This document shows, in pieces, positions 22,501 through 35,900 of a DNA stretch of 64,000 nt. This stretch comes from Nemertoderma westbladi (lineage: Eukaryota > Animalia > Xenacoelomorpha). The stretch's first letter is position 1. The number at the start of each line of letters is the position of its first letter. Made by a program: the position numbers and the translations under genes. The notes beneath the pieces are model-generated. The model was not told the origin of the DNA. It worked only from the letters and a program-made list of their open reading frames with translations, and did not search any database. The stretch lies in assembly GCA_032718475.1 (NCBI GenBank), contig JAUCBJ010007299.1, positions 1-64,000 of the forward strand. The letters are read 5' to 3'.

Positions 22501-25500
22501 CCAGGGACAGCCCAAACTGCACGATGTACGCCCTAAAACAAGCCGCTAGGGATCAGAAACACCTGTATGACCCAGAGATAATTAGGATTGTGGAGCGTGA
22601 CTTTTACGTTGACGACGGTTTACAGAGTTGCGACACAGTAGAACGTGCTACAACAGTAGCACATCAATTACGGGACTGCTTAGCGGGCGGAGGTTTTAAC
22701 CTCACCAAATTCGCCTCAAACAGTGCCGAATTAGTAGACTCATTCGGAACGACTGAGCGTGGAGGTGGTGACATAGACCTAGAGTTCGAACCACTACCGA
22801 CGACCAAGGTGTTGGGGCTCTTTTGGGACCCAAACACAGACAACTTTCGAGTGAAAGTGAGACTGGACAGTCAAGAAAACACACTGACAAAGAGATCATG
22901 CTTGTCAAAATTGAGCCGATTGTTCGATCCGTTAGGATTCATCAGTCCAGTAATACTGCAAGCCCGCATTTATATGCGCAGTATTTGGAAGGATGGACTG
23001 ACATGGGACGAGCCGATCTCATCAGACCAAGTGGACTTATGGAAGACCTGGGAGGCGGAATTATCTTCGCTAGAGGATTATTCCATACCCAGAGTTTACT
23101 TTCCATTACAAACAACATTCCCTGACAACTTGGAATTACACTGTTTTTCTGACGCCAGTGACAACGGTTTTGGTGTGGCAGCGTACTTGCGCAGACAAGT
23201 AGACTCAGAAGAATTCGACGTTTCGCTCATTACTTCTAAGGCAAAAACAATGCCTACTAAGTATATGACGACACCACGAGCTGAGCTACAAGCCGCAACA
23301 CTGTCAACCACCATCGTGAACCTCATACAGACAGAACTACAGTCAAGTTTACAGATATTTTATTGGACTGACGCGACGTTGGTTTTATTTTACATAAACA
23401 ACGACACACTTGAATTCAAGACATTCGTAGCTAACCGTCGCGCAGAAATTCTAGACCGTTCAATAAAAGAGGATTGGCGACATTGTCCCGGACCACAAAA
23501 CCCAGCTGATATTGCGTCGCGAGGAATGATGCCTGAGGAATTCTGTAAACCGGAAAACAAAGAATTTTGGCAACACGGACCCCAATTCTTGCAGAAATCG
23601 ACGCAAGATTGGCCACCGTTATACGACAACAAGTCTAACACTATCCCTAAGGACGCCGAAATCAAGAAACCAAAAAAGGGGAAGGCAAAGAAAAAGACGA
23701 CGGCGGCAAAACTCAAGAAAAAACCGAAGGCGAAATGGAAAGATATAACTTCAAAGGTCAAGAGAGGAAGACTTGCGAGCCTTTCTACACCAGACATATC
23801 GCCAGACGGTCAACCAGACACGTTACTAGACGGTCAACCGGACGTTTTGCCAGACATGTCACAAAATGTTCTACCAGACACTAGTAACACATTGACAAAT
23901 AGTAAAGCCGCAGTTTCCCTATTGGAGCGGCCTTCTATTGACAAACAACCAGATACGTTACCAGACGTATCGCCAGACACATTACTAGACAGTCGACTAG
24001 ACATTTTGTCAGAAACATCACAAAATGTTCTACCGGACATTAGTAATGTATCGACTAACAGTAAAGCCGCAGTTTCCCTATTGGAGCGGCCTTGTATTGA
24101 CAAACTACCAATTTTGACACACTTGAGCAACCATAAGCACGGTGAAACCTCATGTATTACAGATGTGGGTAGTACCTACGCTAATGTAAATACAGGTGTT
24201 ACTTTGCGCTCAAGAGACATACCGAACTTGCAACCTATGGTGAAACCTGGGATTAATGTCGGCAGAAAAATAAGTTTACCGAAACCCAGTGACCCCATAG
24301 AGTTCAAACCACCATTAACGATCGACTTACAAAGTACTGACAATCAAGGTAAGAAGACGAAGAAGGACAAATTACTTGTAGACCCGGACGGATCAACAGT
24401 CAACAAGGGAATACTTACCGGCGGACCCGTGGGCCCTTCTAGTAAATCAAAACCTTCCAAAATCTCTATTGACTTACCTGATGACGTCACAAATACTCAC
24501 GTAGATCATATTGTAAACCTAACAGATTCTTGGACAAACTCTTGCCGAAAATTAGCGTGGATTGTACGTTTTGTACAATACGTTAAAGGCAAACGCGACT
24601 TTACACGTCGACTTACATTGGCTGAGATTGACAGGTGTGAGATTAAATTAGTTCGCCATTACCAACTGCGATATTTCGCGCGCGAATTCACATCTATAAA
24701 TCAAGGTCAACCAATCAAGTCGTCACCAATACTGAGTTGGAGTCCGATTATTTATAATGGCTTAATTTGTCATAAATCTCGGCTTCAAAACATTGACTTC
24801 AACACAAACTTTAGATACCCAATAATAATACCGCAACATCACGAACTACAACGTGCAATGATACTGGACGCACATTTACATCTGAAACACGCTGGAAGAC
24901 ACCACTGTCTTTCCTACTTACGTACAAGATTTGTATTGATTAGACCTAGTAAAGCATTAAGTTCAGTGACACGTACGTGTATTATTTGTAAAAAGGTACA
25001 CTCTAGAATAGGTACCCAAGAAATGAGTGAACTTCCACAAGCACGACTTCAAGCATTCAGACCACCTTTTACAGAGACTGGAATTGATTGCTTTGGTCCT
25101 ATACATACGAAACGTGGACGTATACTAGTAAAACGCTGGGGACTGATTTTCACATGTATGTCCAGTAGGGCAGTTCATATTGAACGTGTGATGGATCTTT
25201 CCACCAACGCGTTTATACTAGCACTGCGGCGATTTATCGCTAGACGCGGACTAGTGAAATGCTTGTACTCAGACCAAGGGACAAACTTTGTTGGTGCTCG
25301 GAATGAGATTGCTAGAGCCTTTAAGAAATTAGATCATGATCAAATCTCGAACGAACTACAACCTCACAAGATTGTTTGGAAGTTTAATCCTCCAGATAGT
25401 CCTTGGAGAGGCGGAGTCTGGGAGAGACTGATTAGATCTATAAAGACAGCCATGGCAAAGGTCATTCCAGTAAACCACATATTGACAGACGACCAACTGA

Positions 25501-26009
25501 CAACATTGTTTGTTGAAATCGAGGCAATACTAAATACTAGACCAATAGTATTAGTACCCGATGACAAACAATCTCAGTTTGCTTTGACACCGGCACACCT
25601 GCTAATGCAGGCACCGACCACATTGACGCCGATTTCTATTCCAATAGAAAGCGATAGCTACGGTAGAAAAGCGTGGAAAATCACGCAACTACTGGCTAAC
25701 AAATTCTGGGAAATATGGCAAAACCATTATTTGCCCTCTATTTCTGCCAGAACAACTTGGTATAATAACACCCGCGCATTGAAGCCGGGAGATCACGTGC
25801 TATTAGCGGAAGTGAATCTAAAAAGACGCTTCTGGATAACAGGTGTAATTTTAGCCACACATCCATCTATGGATGGAGTGACAAGAACTGTGACGGTACG
25901 GACAATTGACGGTCGTACAGTAGACAGACCGACTCAACGTCTCGTACTTCTTGAAGAGACTCGTAACGAGTCTGGAGACTACAAATCTCCACCTAATACT
26001 AGTAAATAA
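19524..26009 (+). CDS. Gag-Pol of B, exon 2: gag core, three zinc knuckles, protease, RT, RNase H, integrase (one in-frame TAG at 19719-19721)
   Basis: Gag PPKFSG; knuckles CWRCTRHGHVRKDC and CPSCGRNHNGLLH; protease ILDSASSHSY; RT YLPHH and YVDD; RNase H FSDAS, PRAELQAA, NPADIASRG; integrase GIDCFGP, SDQGTNF, GGVWERLI. Confidence 0.95.
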
Positions 26010-26669
26010 TTAGGAGTTTACAAATAGATTTCCACGTACCTGTACACCGTAGTAAGGACAGCGGTAGAATTCCATTGTCTTTATATGTGAACATTGAGGG
26101 TGGTACCCTTATGTGTCACATAGGAGCGGGATTTGTAGGTATAAGAAATGGAATTCTACTTGGAACTCACAATATTGAGACATTTTCGAAATTTTAGACA
26201 ATCCATTTGGATTTGAAAAATTTTTAAAATTTTCTCCAGTGAATAGATTTCAGGGTACTGTCGGGTGGAACTTAAAATTAGAGAAACAAGAGAGGAAGAC
26301 TTGCGAGCCTTTCTTAAAATTTTAATTAAATTTTACACGGTCTTGTTTCAATAAGTTACGTCAAAATAGACTCCCCTATATTTATTACTAATTCTTGACT
26401 GCTTATTTTCTGATAATAGTTTGGGATCAAAAAGTGAGTATTTTAGACTCACAGCCAGTTTAGCCCAAAATTCGTTTTTATTTCGGCAAAAAATTTTAGA
26501 TAAGAAGCAGCGTGTCATTAAAGAAACCCTAGATCTTAGGCTATGGGTAGGAGGTTAGAGCGTTGTCGAGCCCAAAGGGCAGACGAAACTCTCACGTCTC
26601 CTCACAACTAACTACAAACTCTGTTGTATTCCCTCTAGTAGTAATGATTATGTAACTACACCTCTAATT

Positions 26670-28372
26670 ATGGAGAAGGAGATACAAGGAGAGCCGAGAT
26701 GGGGATATGATATCCAAGAGGAGGCAGCAGCGCCATTCGAAAGATTTGGAGCCAAGGACTACACTATATTTGGTATAAAGGAATTATCAGAAAGTACAGC
26801 GAAGCTCGCAAAGACAGTAATGCCTTTACTCGAGCAGGATTTAGTATATTTCGAGACGTGTATCTTTGCTGTGCAGGATCTCTTATCGAAAGACCATCTA
26901 TGTTTACATTGTTACCCTATGAAGGAGAACGTATCGTGGAGATTACGGAAGAATCACGGCAGACGCGCGCGCCTATCGGTCACCTTGGTGATGATTTCGA
27001 AGTAACTACTACGATCGCCGACGATCCTTTAGAGGAACTTCTTGAGATAGAAAGGAACCTCCCGAAGAAATCTCAGACGGAGATTCGACAACTTGAAGCA
27101 ACAGATGCTATAGTTTGTATACAACCTTCAGAAACCTACCAACCCATAGACCCAGATGATTACGATTATAGTGTGGGAGGAAGCGCTCGACCGATTGGAG
27201 ATCTTATATACGAACAAGTGTGGTACCCTGCCAATACGATGTGTAGTAAATGTGGCGTCGCTGGACATCATATGACAAAGTGCAGTGGAAAGCACATTAC
27301 TACGACTCAGCTAATCTGTGGATGGTGTGGGGATCAAGGGTCTCATACCTTTTATACTTGCTGGAGATTTATGGCTCAATGTACTTATTGCAATATAAAA
27401 GGACATCGAGCATCTGAATGCCAACTAAGAGACATACCTTATGAACACGAATCTGTAAAACTCGTGAGGAAGTTATTTGATGAGTGGGAAGATTTAGCCG
27501 ACGAACATGTATCAGCACAAAGAAGACGGTTTCCGATGAGAGCGCATCTCGGATTTTGGGCGGTAAATCCTCAAACGATGATGTCGGAAGGATATATCTC
27601 CGCTATGCCCCAATATGACGAACTTATCGAGGTAGTCGATATTTTGCCCCACGACAGTGGATTCCGAGTGGTGCGCGAGTATCTACTACAGATTCACCCG
27701 GATAACAAAAACACGTGGAATTTTCAGAAAGTCGTTAACCGCATTACGTATGGTGAATTCGATCGTTTCCGAACTGAAAAGCGGAATAAAGGAGCTTGGT
27801 TAACCGTCGCATGGGCGTACCGAGCCGCGTTTTACCATAAACGTATACGAGCGAGCGTATTCGAGGAAGAGGAGGTCCTAGAGGCGACAAATATACCAGC
27901 CACTCCGGTTGCGCCGTCTGCACGTCACCCTCGGGAGGACGGACAGGGTAGGATCATACGGGTCCAGAAAGTGGGCCAACAATTAAAGAAAATTATTAAT
28001 GTAGAAGAACGCAAGGGAGTTGAGCCGACCATTCGAGTTACTCGGGATACGGTATCGCTTCCAAGAGAACCAGTAGGAGGATCGGGACATACACCAGCTG
28101 ATCAACAGGGGGCGCAAGCTACTCTTGGGTCTGCGTCGTCCGCCTTTCGCGCGTTCCCAGACGTTCTACCAACTGTAGTGACAACTGATCGGTCACGAGG
28201 AATCGGTCGAGGTTTTGGGATGCCAAATAGACGAATTTGCGAGGAAATAGTCGCACCGTCTCTCAACGTCCAAACGAAACCAGTGACTCGCCCCACGAGT
28301 CCCATATCGCGAGCAAAGTCACCTGTGCGCAGTTTTCGAGGACGCGGCAGGGCTCGATCAACTAAGCGATAA
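26670..28372 (+). CDS. Accessory ORF downstream of integrase with three CCHC zinc knuckles (two overlapping frames, probably one frameshifted ORF)
   Basis: CSKCGVAGHHMTKC, CGWCGDQGSHTFYTC, CTYCNIKGHRASEC; Arg-rich C-terminus; no evident TM or signal segment. Confidence 0.7.
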
Positions 28373-29264
28373 AAGGGAGGGCAAGGGTGGACGGAAGACT
28401 CGTGAGCCTTTCTTGTGAATTTGTGATTTATTTGAATTTATATTTATATTTGTGTTTATTCCGAACTTAAGCAATTTGTATTGTTCCGAATTTATGAAAT
28501 TTAGAAAGTTTATATTTAGAAGGAACTTATATTTGAAAGATTTATGTTTCATATTTGAGATGCAAAGGAGTTTATATTATTCTAAACTTATGCAGTTTAT
28601 ATTTATATTTAGTAAAGATTTATATTTAGTAAGAATTTACATTTTATATTTGTGATTATTCCGAACTTATGCAATTTATATTGTTCCGAATATTATGCAA
28701 TTTACATTTCATAGGCAGTATTTACAGTGAAACAGAAAGTAAGAGTAGATGGAAGACTCGTGGGCCTTTCTTATAGTTTTATTTGTAAAGTGTTATATTT
28801 TGTATTTAGAAAGTATTATAGTCAGAAAATTTTGTGCTTAGAAAGACTCATATTTGTAATTATTCCAAACTTATGCAATCTACATTTAGGTACGAAAGTA
28901 TTTGTAATTACTTGAATTTATGCAATATTTGAGATGCAATAGTAGATGGAAGACTCGCGAGCCTTTCTTATTGTTTTCATTTATTTGTATTTGTAATTGT
29001 TTGAATTTATGCAATATTGAGATGCAATAGATTTATATTGGTGAATTTAATTTAGATTTATATTGTACTTACTTAGTAAAGCCTTAAATACGTAAAGTTT
29101 GAATTTGTAATTATTTTTGTATCGAATCATTACGTAGAAAGGAAGTATTATTTGAAATTTAATTTGTAAATATGTAAGTACGCCCTAAGTGTTCTATAGT
29201 TTGATTGATTATTGGTGAAAACCGTATATTTTATGCACGATAATATCCTGTTTTCATGGAGCGG

Positions 29265-31145
29265 TATAGAATTATATTCTCTAAATGCCGTGGATTTTCA
29301 AAATTTTATTTTATTCGAATTAACTTTGTAAAAGATTGCTTTGAATCCTCATTTGTATTTGTTATATCTATTGTACGCCTATCGGTCAAGTGGTTCAGTA
29401 GCTCAGTCGGTAGAGCGTTGGAAATTATATGTGTAGTAGGTATTGAGTTCGAATCCTAGTAAGTGCGAATTATTTTTTGTGCAGAATTTCAACTCATTTA
29501 AATTAACCGCTACAAATTAATTGCATTTGTCTGTACCAATGAGACTGTAGTTATTTGATTGTAACCAATGTCGTGCAAGTTATATATTAGCTGGACCAAT
29601 AGCTATCTTTAAAACCCTGTTAGAACCTATAGAACAATCGAGAATTTTCTCGATTGATTGCAGCACAAATTTGCTATATAAAGGTGCGATTTGTTCATTA
29701 GTTACTACTTCTCAGATTATCTTATCAATATTCTGTCGTGCTTAGTTTATTTCAGATTACATTGTATTATAATTATATCTTCTGTAATAAAGTCAGAATT
29801 ATCGCTAATCTGCCTTTTCTATCTGTTTTACCATGATTCACTACGGTGAACAAACCTAAGGGACAGGATGGCCAGCTAGAGATCGGGCCGCAGCAATGAA
29901 CGGGAACATCGGGGGAATGTAGACCAGAGACAACCCGCAATACCATCTTGAGTTATTCGCCCATCGCCTAAAAGGTTAGACAGCGTTTGACGCCTTGCTA
30001 CCCAAGTGTAAGACCAAAGATCATAAGGTAGAAGTAGTGACACGCTGTGAGCCTAAAATTACATCTTAGGGACTGTACTGTCTTGATTCAGGAAAAACCA
30101 CAGTAGACCTTCATATTCCTACGGGTAGAGGGAAAGAGCAGGCAGATACTAGTACGCAGATAGGACGTAGGCACACCGGTACGAAGCATACAAATTGGTA
30201 GGGTGCAGCAAACTGTACGCCTAACTCTTGCTAAGTACAGGTGTGTGTGCGACTATTTGTAGTACGACAGTGTCCATTGCATTAGAACTTGTAGGCTAGG
30301 GGGTTGCTGTGTTTTCACCTGAATTGGGATTGTACCGTTCAGGCGGTAGGGCAGTTTACAGCTAGGCGCAAATAAATTGAGGCTATTAGGGATACTAACA
30401 TCTACCGTGTCCCCGCCAACGCCCTAATAGGAAGTTACCCGGACTACCTGGGTGACTAAAATTCTAGATAGGAGCCAGGATAGCTATTAGTAACTGTACG
30501 CCTACAGTAGTAAACTAACACATCTCTTCTTAGTATCAGGGACCTGGTACCTAAAATTGCCGAATTCTGGGCGTAGCATTAACCTTATGCCTGAATTTGA
30601 GTCCTGGAAATACGCAAGAGGGGAAGGAACCTTATCATTCGTGAGTATTGGACCTACAAGTTACAAAATTAGAATATTCGTAAAATGCACACCGTACCCA
30701 GTAATTATATATGTGAAGGAGCAAAACTGTTTTTGACCGTTCAGAATTAACACACGCGCGTTAGAAATTATTTACACCTCAAAATATATAAAATTAACTT
30801 TTGTCCTTACTGTGTTTTGCCGCTAGTTAGACATCTCCAAATCTCTGCCTGTACCTAGCTAGCGTCTCTTTCGCCCAACCATATAAATCACACCGCGGCA
30901 AAGTATACGAGCCCCTTAGTCCGTCAGTGAGTCAGCCTGATTTTAGGATTCGCTGCGCGGGATTTTGTTTTATCGAAGTTTGTCTGCTCGTAGACTGTTT
31001 TCTGCCTCACCGGTTATAAGAGATCGATACTGCAATATATTCGCTTACTTAGAGTTTACTGTTTTGGTGAGAAGGTCGGATTTATGATTTGATTTACAAA
31101 CTTTACAGTAAGATATTGCAGGTATTGTTACCGTCTCTTCGAATA
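29265..31145 (+). repeat. 3' LTR of element B (includes a tRNA-like cassette at 29392-29478)
   Basis: Direct repeat of 13340-15220; at least 3 internal substitutions plus a 2-nt difference near the end. Confidence 0.96.
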
Positions 31146-32917
31146 GCGTATCAAGCTATCAACAAACGCTTGAAAGTAGAGTATATAGCTCCCTGATACC
31201 AAGACCATCTTCTATCAACTCCGTCATATCTGCTATATATGAGTTTATTAATATTATAATGAGTTTATATTTAGGCTAGCGAGCGTCGCTGCCTACCCCC
31301 ATCAGCCCCTGGACAGTGCGAGATCCTCAGCGCCGATGTGTCGTAGCCGCTGTACTTTCGCCAACGACGTAGCCGCACAACGACAACGACAACCGGCACA
31401 AGTCACTCGACTGTCCGTCCCAAAGGCTTAGATACACCTCAGGTTCTTACTGGAGAGTTAGGGTTACTTTCACAATTGCGACTCGCTACTGTAAACACAC
31501 CTTAGTAGTAACATTCGCCTATAAACTCACAAATACCACACACACAACTTGTCACAAATTACACACACTCGGGCCATTTGTCCGTTAGTCAATGCCTTCC
31601 AGAATGTCACTGTATTATTATGTATCCTTGGATACTAGCAGTGCGCTATTTATTCCCTATGCTATTCAATGGGACAAGCTTTCTATTGTTCTTTTAACTC
31701 AATTCTAATTCTAGCGTGGTTGTTGCTATGGTGACATTATGCAAAGCTAGCGGTAGAATTAGGGTAATTCCAATGCATACAGATCTGGGATGTTATTTAA
31801 TAGTAATTCTTTAATGATCAATGTTCTGTTTTATACATGACTTTATGAATTTTATCGGCTATTGACTATGTTTGGGAGACTTTCGCACACTCATACGCAT
31901 GATAAGATAAATCTCCGCTCCCGTGATCTATTAATTAATGGAATTTTGGGAATGTTATAAATTGCGTAAAAATGGCAATTTATTAAATTCATTAAAAGGC
32001 ATGAATTTAAATTATTCCCTGAAATTTTATTATTTAATAATTAAATGGACATATTTTGATTCTAGAATATGTCTGGGGACACAAGATCCTTAATTCTATG
32101 ACAATTGTCTTTTTAAGAATATCGGTAAATGCTACGATATCTTAATTGACTAGAATTGTTGAAGGATCTGAATTTTACAGATTTTGATTTATTAGATTTG
32201 CAAATATTAAATAATTAATATTTGAGATGGGCACCAATTTATTCCAGAACTTGTCTGGGGACGTTAACCACTGATTCTAAAATTTGTCTTTCAAGTATAT
32301 CGGTGGGTGCCGCGATATCTTAATCGACTAGAATTACAGATGGTCAAAGGGTTTAACAGATTTATTTTGCGTTATACGCTACTGTTAAAGGGACATCACG
32401 CTACTATATGTATTATTTAATATACGGTATGAGAGCAATATCGCACGAAGCAATGTCAGTGTGAAGAGGCAAGTCGTTTCCAAGGTCTACCCAGAGCTTG
32501 GTTTAGCCGAGACACGAGGATCTGAACTTTGCATTCCTAATACTCTGCCTACCAATAATACTTGAATATAGTAGTGGCTTTATTGTACTTTAATAAGTAC
32601 GGACATTTCATCTTACTGTAGTTACGTATTTGTAATGTAATACGGACAGTAATGAAAGAGGAAAAGAATTATTTCTTGCCGTCGCATTAAATATAATATA
32701 TACGTAATTAAGTAATAAACGCGAATATATATTGCACTAATCTACTAAATAATCGCTAAAATAACATTCTACTGAATAAAATTAAAGAAAACGATTATAA
32801 TAAAATTACATAATAATACATACAGAAATATAAAAATAATAAAATAATATAAAATAATAGAGTCACACACCCACTCCATATGTTGTTACGTTATGGAGTC
32901 CCTAGATGTTTGAAGGA

Positions 32918-35900
32918 TTAGGAGGTGGTCGTGGGAAGAGAATCTTGCCTTCCACAGTTTCCGGAGAGTCCTCCATTCCCTTCCGGTAAACACAAACGAC
33001 CGACTGGGTGATTGAGTCGCTGCATCCCGAATACAATTCCAGGTTTCCTCTTCGTCCTGGAATAGTGACGATAGAAACATCGCTCTAGGTACACGACGGC
33101 CTTACAAAGCCGATTCCAGGAGCTATAGTGGTCCGTCGCTCCCTGCAGGAGAGGTGAGAGTCCCTGCGAGACGTCTGATGTTCCAGAGCTCCAATCGCTC
33201 TCTCTGATCTTCATGAAGGATCCACTTGCGGTGGGGAGGTCCAGATCCACGGCGTCGTCCCTGGCAATATGTAATACCGACAGATCTATCCCGGGTTCAA
33301 ATAACTCCGATCCACCCGTCCTGGTTTTAGGTTTGACTTTTTCCGCTCCCTTGGCTGGTCTAATCTCAGTCGGAGTAAGATGGGGAGGCCATTCATCCTC
33401 CTTACTCAGGAAGTCGGGTTCACCTAACCGGTCTGTAGTATCTGTCAGTTCTTGAGGAGTTGCTCCTCTGGAAGCGATGTCAGTTGGATTAAACTTCTTG
33501 GGGCAATATCTCCATTGATCTACATTGGAGCTAATATCGTCATTATCTGAGGAGTATGGTGTTCCCTCAGTTGGGTCGTCTCCCTCACTAGTATCATCTT
33601 CCCATTCACTCACCTGGCAGACGCGATCTTGAAGCAGTCTTTCTCTGAGCATTCTTCGGGAAGGTCCAGTAAGGTACCAACCTACTCTAGTTCTTACCGC
33701 ATAGGTCTGAAGTGGTTGCGGTTGAGCAGGTCGTTTCTCCAATGTCTCCAGCGCCTCATGCGCGTTTTGACCGATTAATATTTGTACTCCAGGATAATCG
33801 GTGTCGAATCTAGGAATGTTAAGTTGTTGGGCATGATCATCTTCGTCCCAATTATAAGGTTCCACTTGGGTGGTAGCGAAGTTCTTTATTGCCACCATTT
33901 TGACTGACCTTATACTGTGTTCTCCTAGTTTATTCTGTGGAGTGGACAACTCACCTATATAATAGTCGGCAGCCACAGCAGATTTCCAAACCTGCATGAT
34001 CCCTGACATGTTTAGCTTGGTTCGGAACTTGGGTTGTCCAGCAAAGATGTCTTCGGCTAGTTCTTTATCGATGAATGTTCCTGTGCTGCCGGAGTCCAGA
34101 AGGGCGTTCACTATATAGCTCTTCTGAGGTCCGTGGACCCGTAACTGGACTACAGGAAATTCTCGGATTCCTACATTTGAAGTTGGCGCTTTCCAAGATT
34201 GTTGTGGATCTGAAGTAGTTAGGGTGAGGTCGCTGTCTGTGTCTTTCTCATACATGAGTGCTCGATACACTGCGGTGGTGTTTATTAAGTAACAGGATTC
34301 GTTTTGGTCGGAGAATTCGTCCGTATAGAATCCTTCCATCTCAGAACTTTGGTCAGTGTCGTTCACATCACTGAATTGGACATGTAGTTGTTCGGACTCA
34401 CTTACCTGACTCGGGCTGCTTCGTTCGAATTCAGTGTGCAACAAGATATGATATTTTGCACCGCACTTTGCACACCTTGCGTCGGAGTAACAGGTTCGCC
34501 GTTGGTGTCCTCGTCTGAGGCAATTATAACACAACCGCTTATCCCACATGACTTCACGTCTATCCTCGAGTGATTTCCTCAGGAATTCATCACACACATT
34601 CAAGCGGTGGGGCCCGTCGCACAGCACACATTTGGGTTTGATGTTACTTACTTTAACCTGTGCTGTGTGGTGCACACTTGTTCTTTCCTCGGGCTTTCTC
34701 ACCTGAATTCTTTTAGGAGACGTAGGAGGGGTTTTTTGTACCGGTTCCCTTCTGTCATTGGGTCGAGACTTGGATTTACTTACCTGATCTTTAGGCATTT
34801 TATTGACATAATAAGACCTGTCAGTGGCTTTTCCGCTATCTTCTCCTTGAGAAGTCTGGCTTTCGCCGTCATCTGTATAACACACTGGTGTTACCTTTCT
34901 CCTAGAGACGGGTTTTTCACTTACCTTGTTTTCCGATGTCTTCTCTCTGGACAGTTTCAGGAGCTGTAATTTCACTTCTCCATCTAGGAATGACATGAGA
35001 TCAGCCATGGTAGGGTCTCGTCGTTGTCGTTCCATCATATATAACACTTTCTTATCCCAGCGTGTACCTACTCCACCCTTGGGCAAAGTAGATGCTAAGG
35101 CTCCTACAACCATAGAATTCTGGTATTCATGAGACTTACCTAGCCAATCTAATTGTCTACAGATCTCCTGAATCTCATCGGAAAACTCTATGATCCCGCT
35201 GCTAAGAAACTTTCGGGGCGCCATTAATTTTGCATACAAATACCTAGCTATATTATTCCTATTACCATACCTGATGTTTAGTGTATCCCAAACTTGTCTT
35301 AATCCGTCTGGATGTCCAATAAACTTTAACGCCATTAACTTGGGAGATCCTTCCAAGCACTCGATGAGGAATCTAAGTTTCTCTCCATTAGATAGTACAG
35401 AGTTCTGTATGTTATCTTTGTAATATTCATTAAAAGGTAACCATTTCATCTCATCTCCATTGAACTTGACGATCTCTCCCACCTTTACCGCTTGACGGGC
35501 TTCGGTTCTAGCCATTTGACGCGTAAAACTTTCTTGAGCCATCGTATTATTGAATAGAGAATTATCGGTATATAAGTTTCTCGGATTATTATCAAGTCTA
35601 GATGAGATATCATTATCAACAGGTTTATAATTACCCTTGATAGGGTTTACTATAGGAGTTTCTATTTCGCTAGCAGTATAGATGCGTGTAGGCTCCACAC
35701 CTTGCGCATGGGATACTTCAGACCTAACGGGTTGACACATTGTTACAGGGGGTGGTGGTATACTCTTTTGTGTGTTCACTAATTTATCGCGCTCTAGCGC
35801 GATACTTTGCTGCACTTCTTGCAACTCTAGTCTACTTTCCCTTACTGTGCCCTTGAATTGCTGAACAGTCTCCTGCATCTGCCCGAGCAGGAGATCCATC

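Larger units (their letters stand above)
13340..31145 (+). mobile_element. BEL/Pao LTR retrotransposon, element B (full length, 17.8 kb), nested in C
   Basis: 1881-bp LTRs. 5-bp TSD GCGTA (13335-13339, 31146-31150). PPT GGAGCGG (29258-29264). Domain order gag-PR-RT-RH-IN with Pao motifs. Confidence 0.97.

Noticed and set aside
26858-28372. env gene
   Set aside because: No signal peptide, fusion-protein pattern or transmembrane anchor; it has CCHC knuckles instead.
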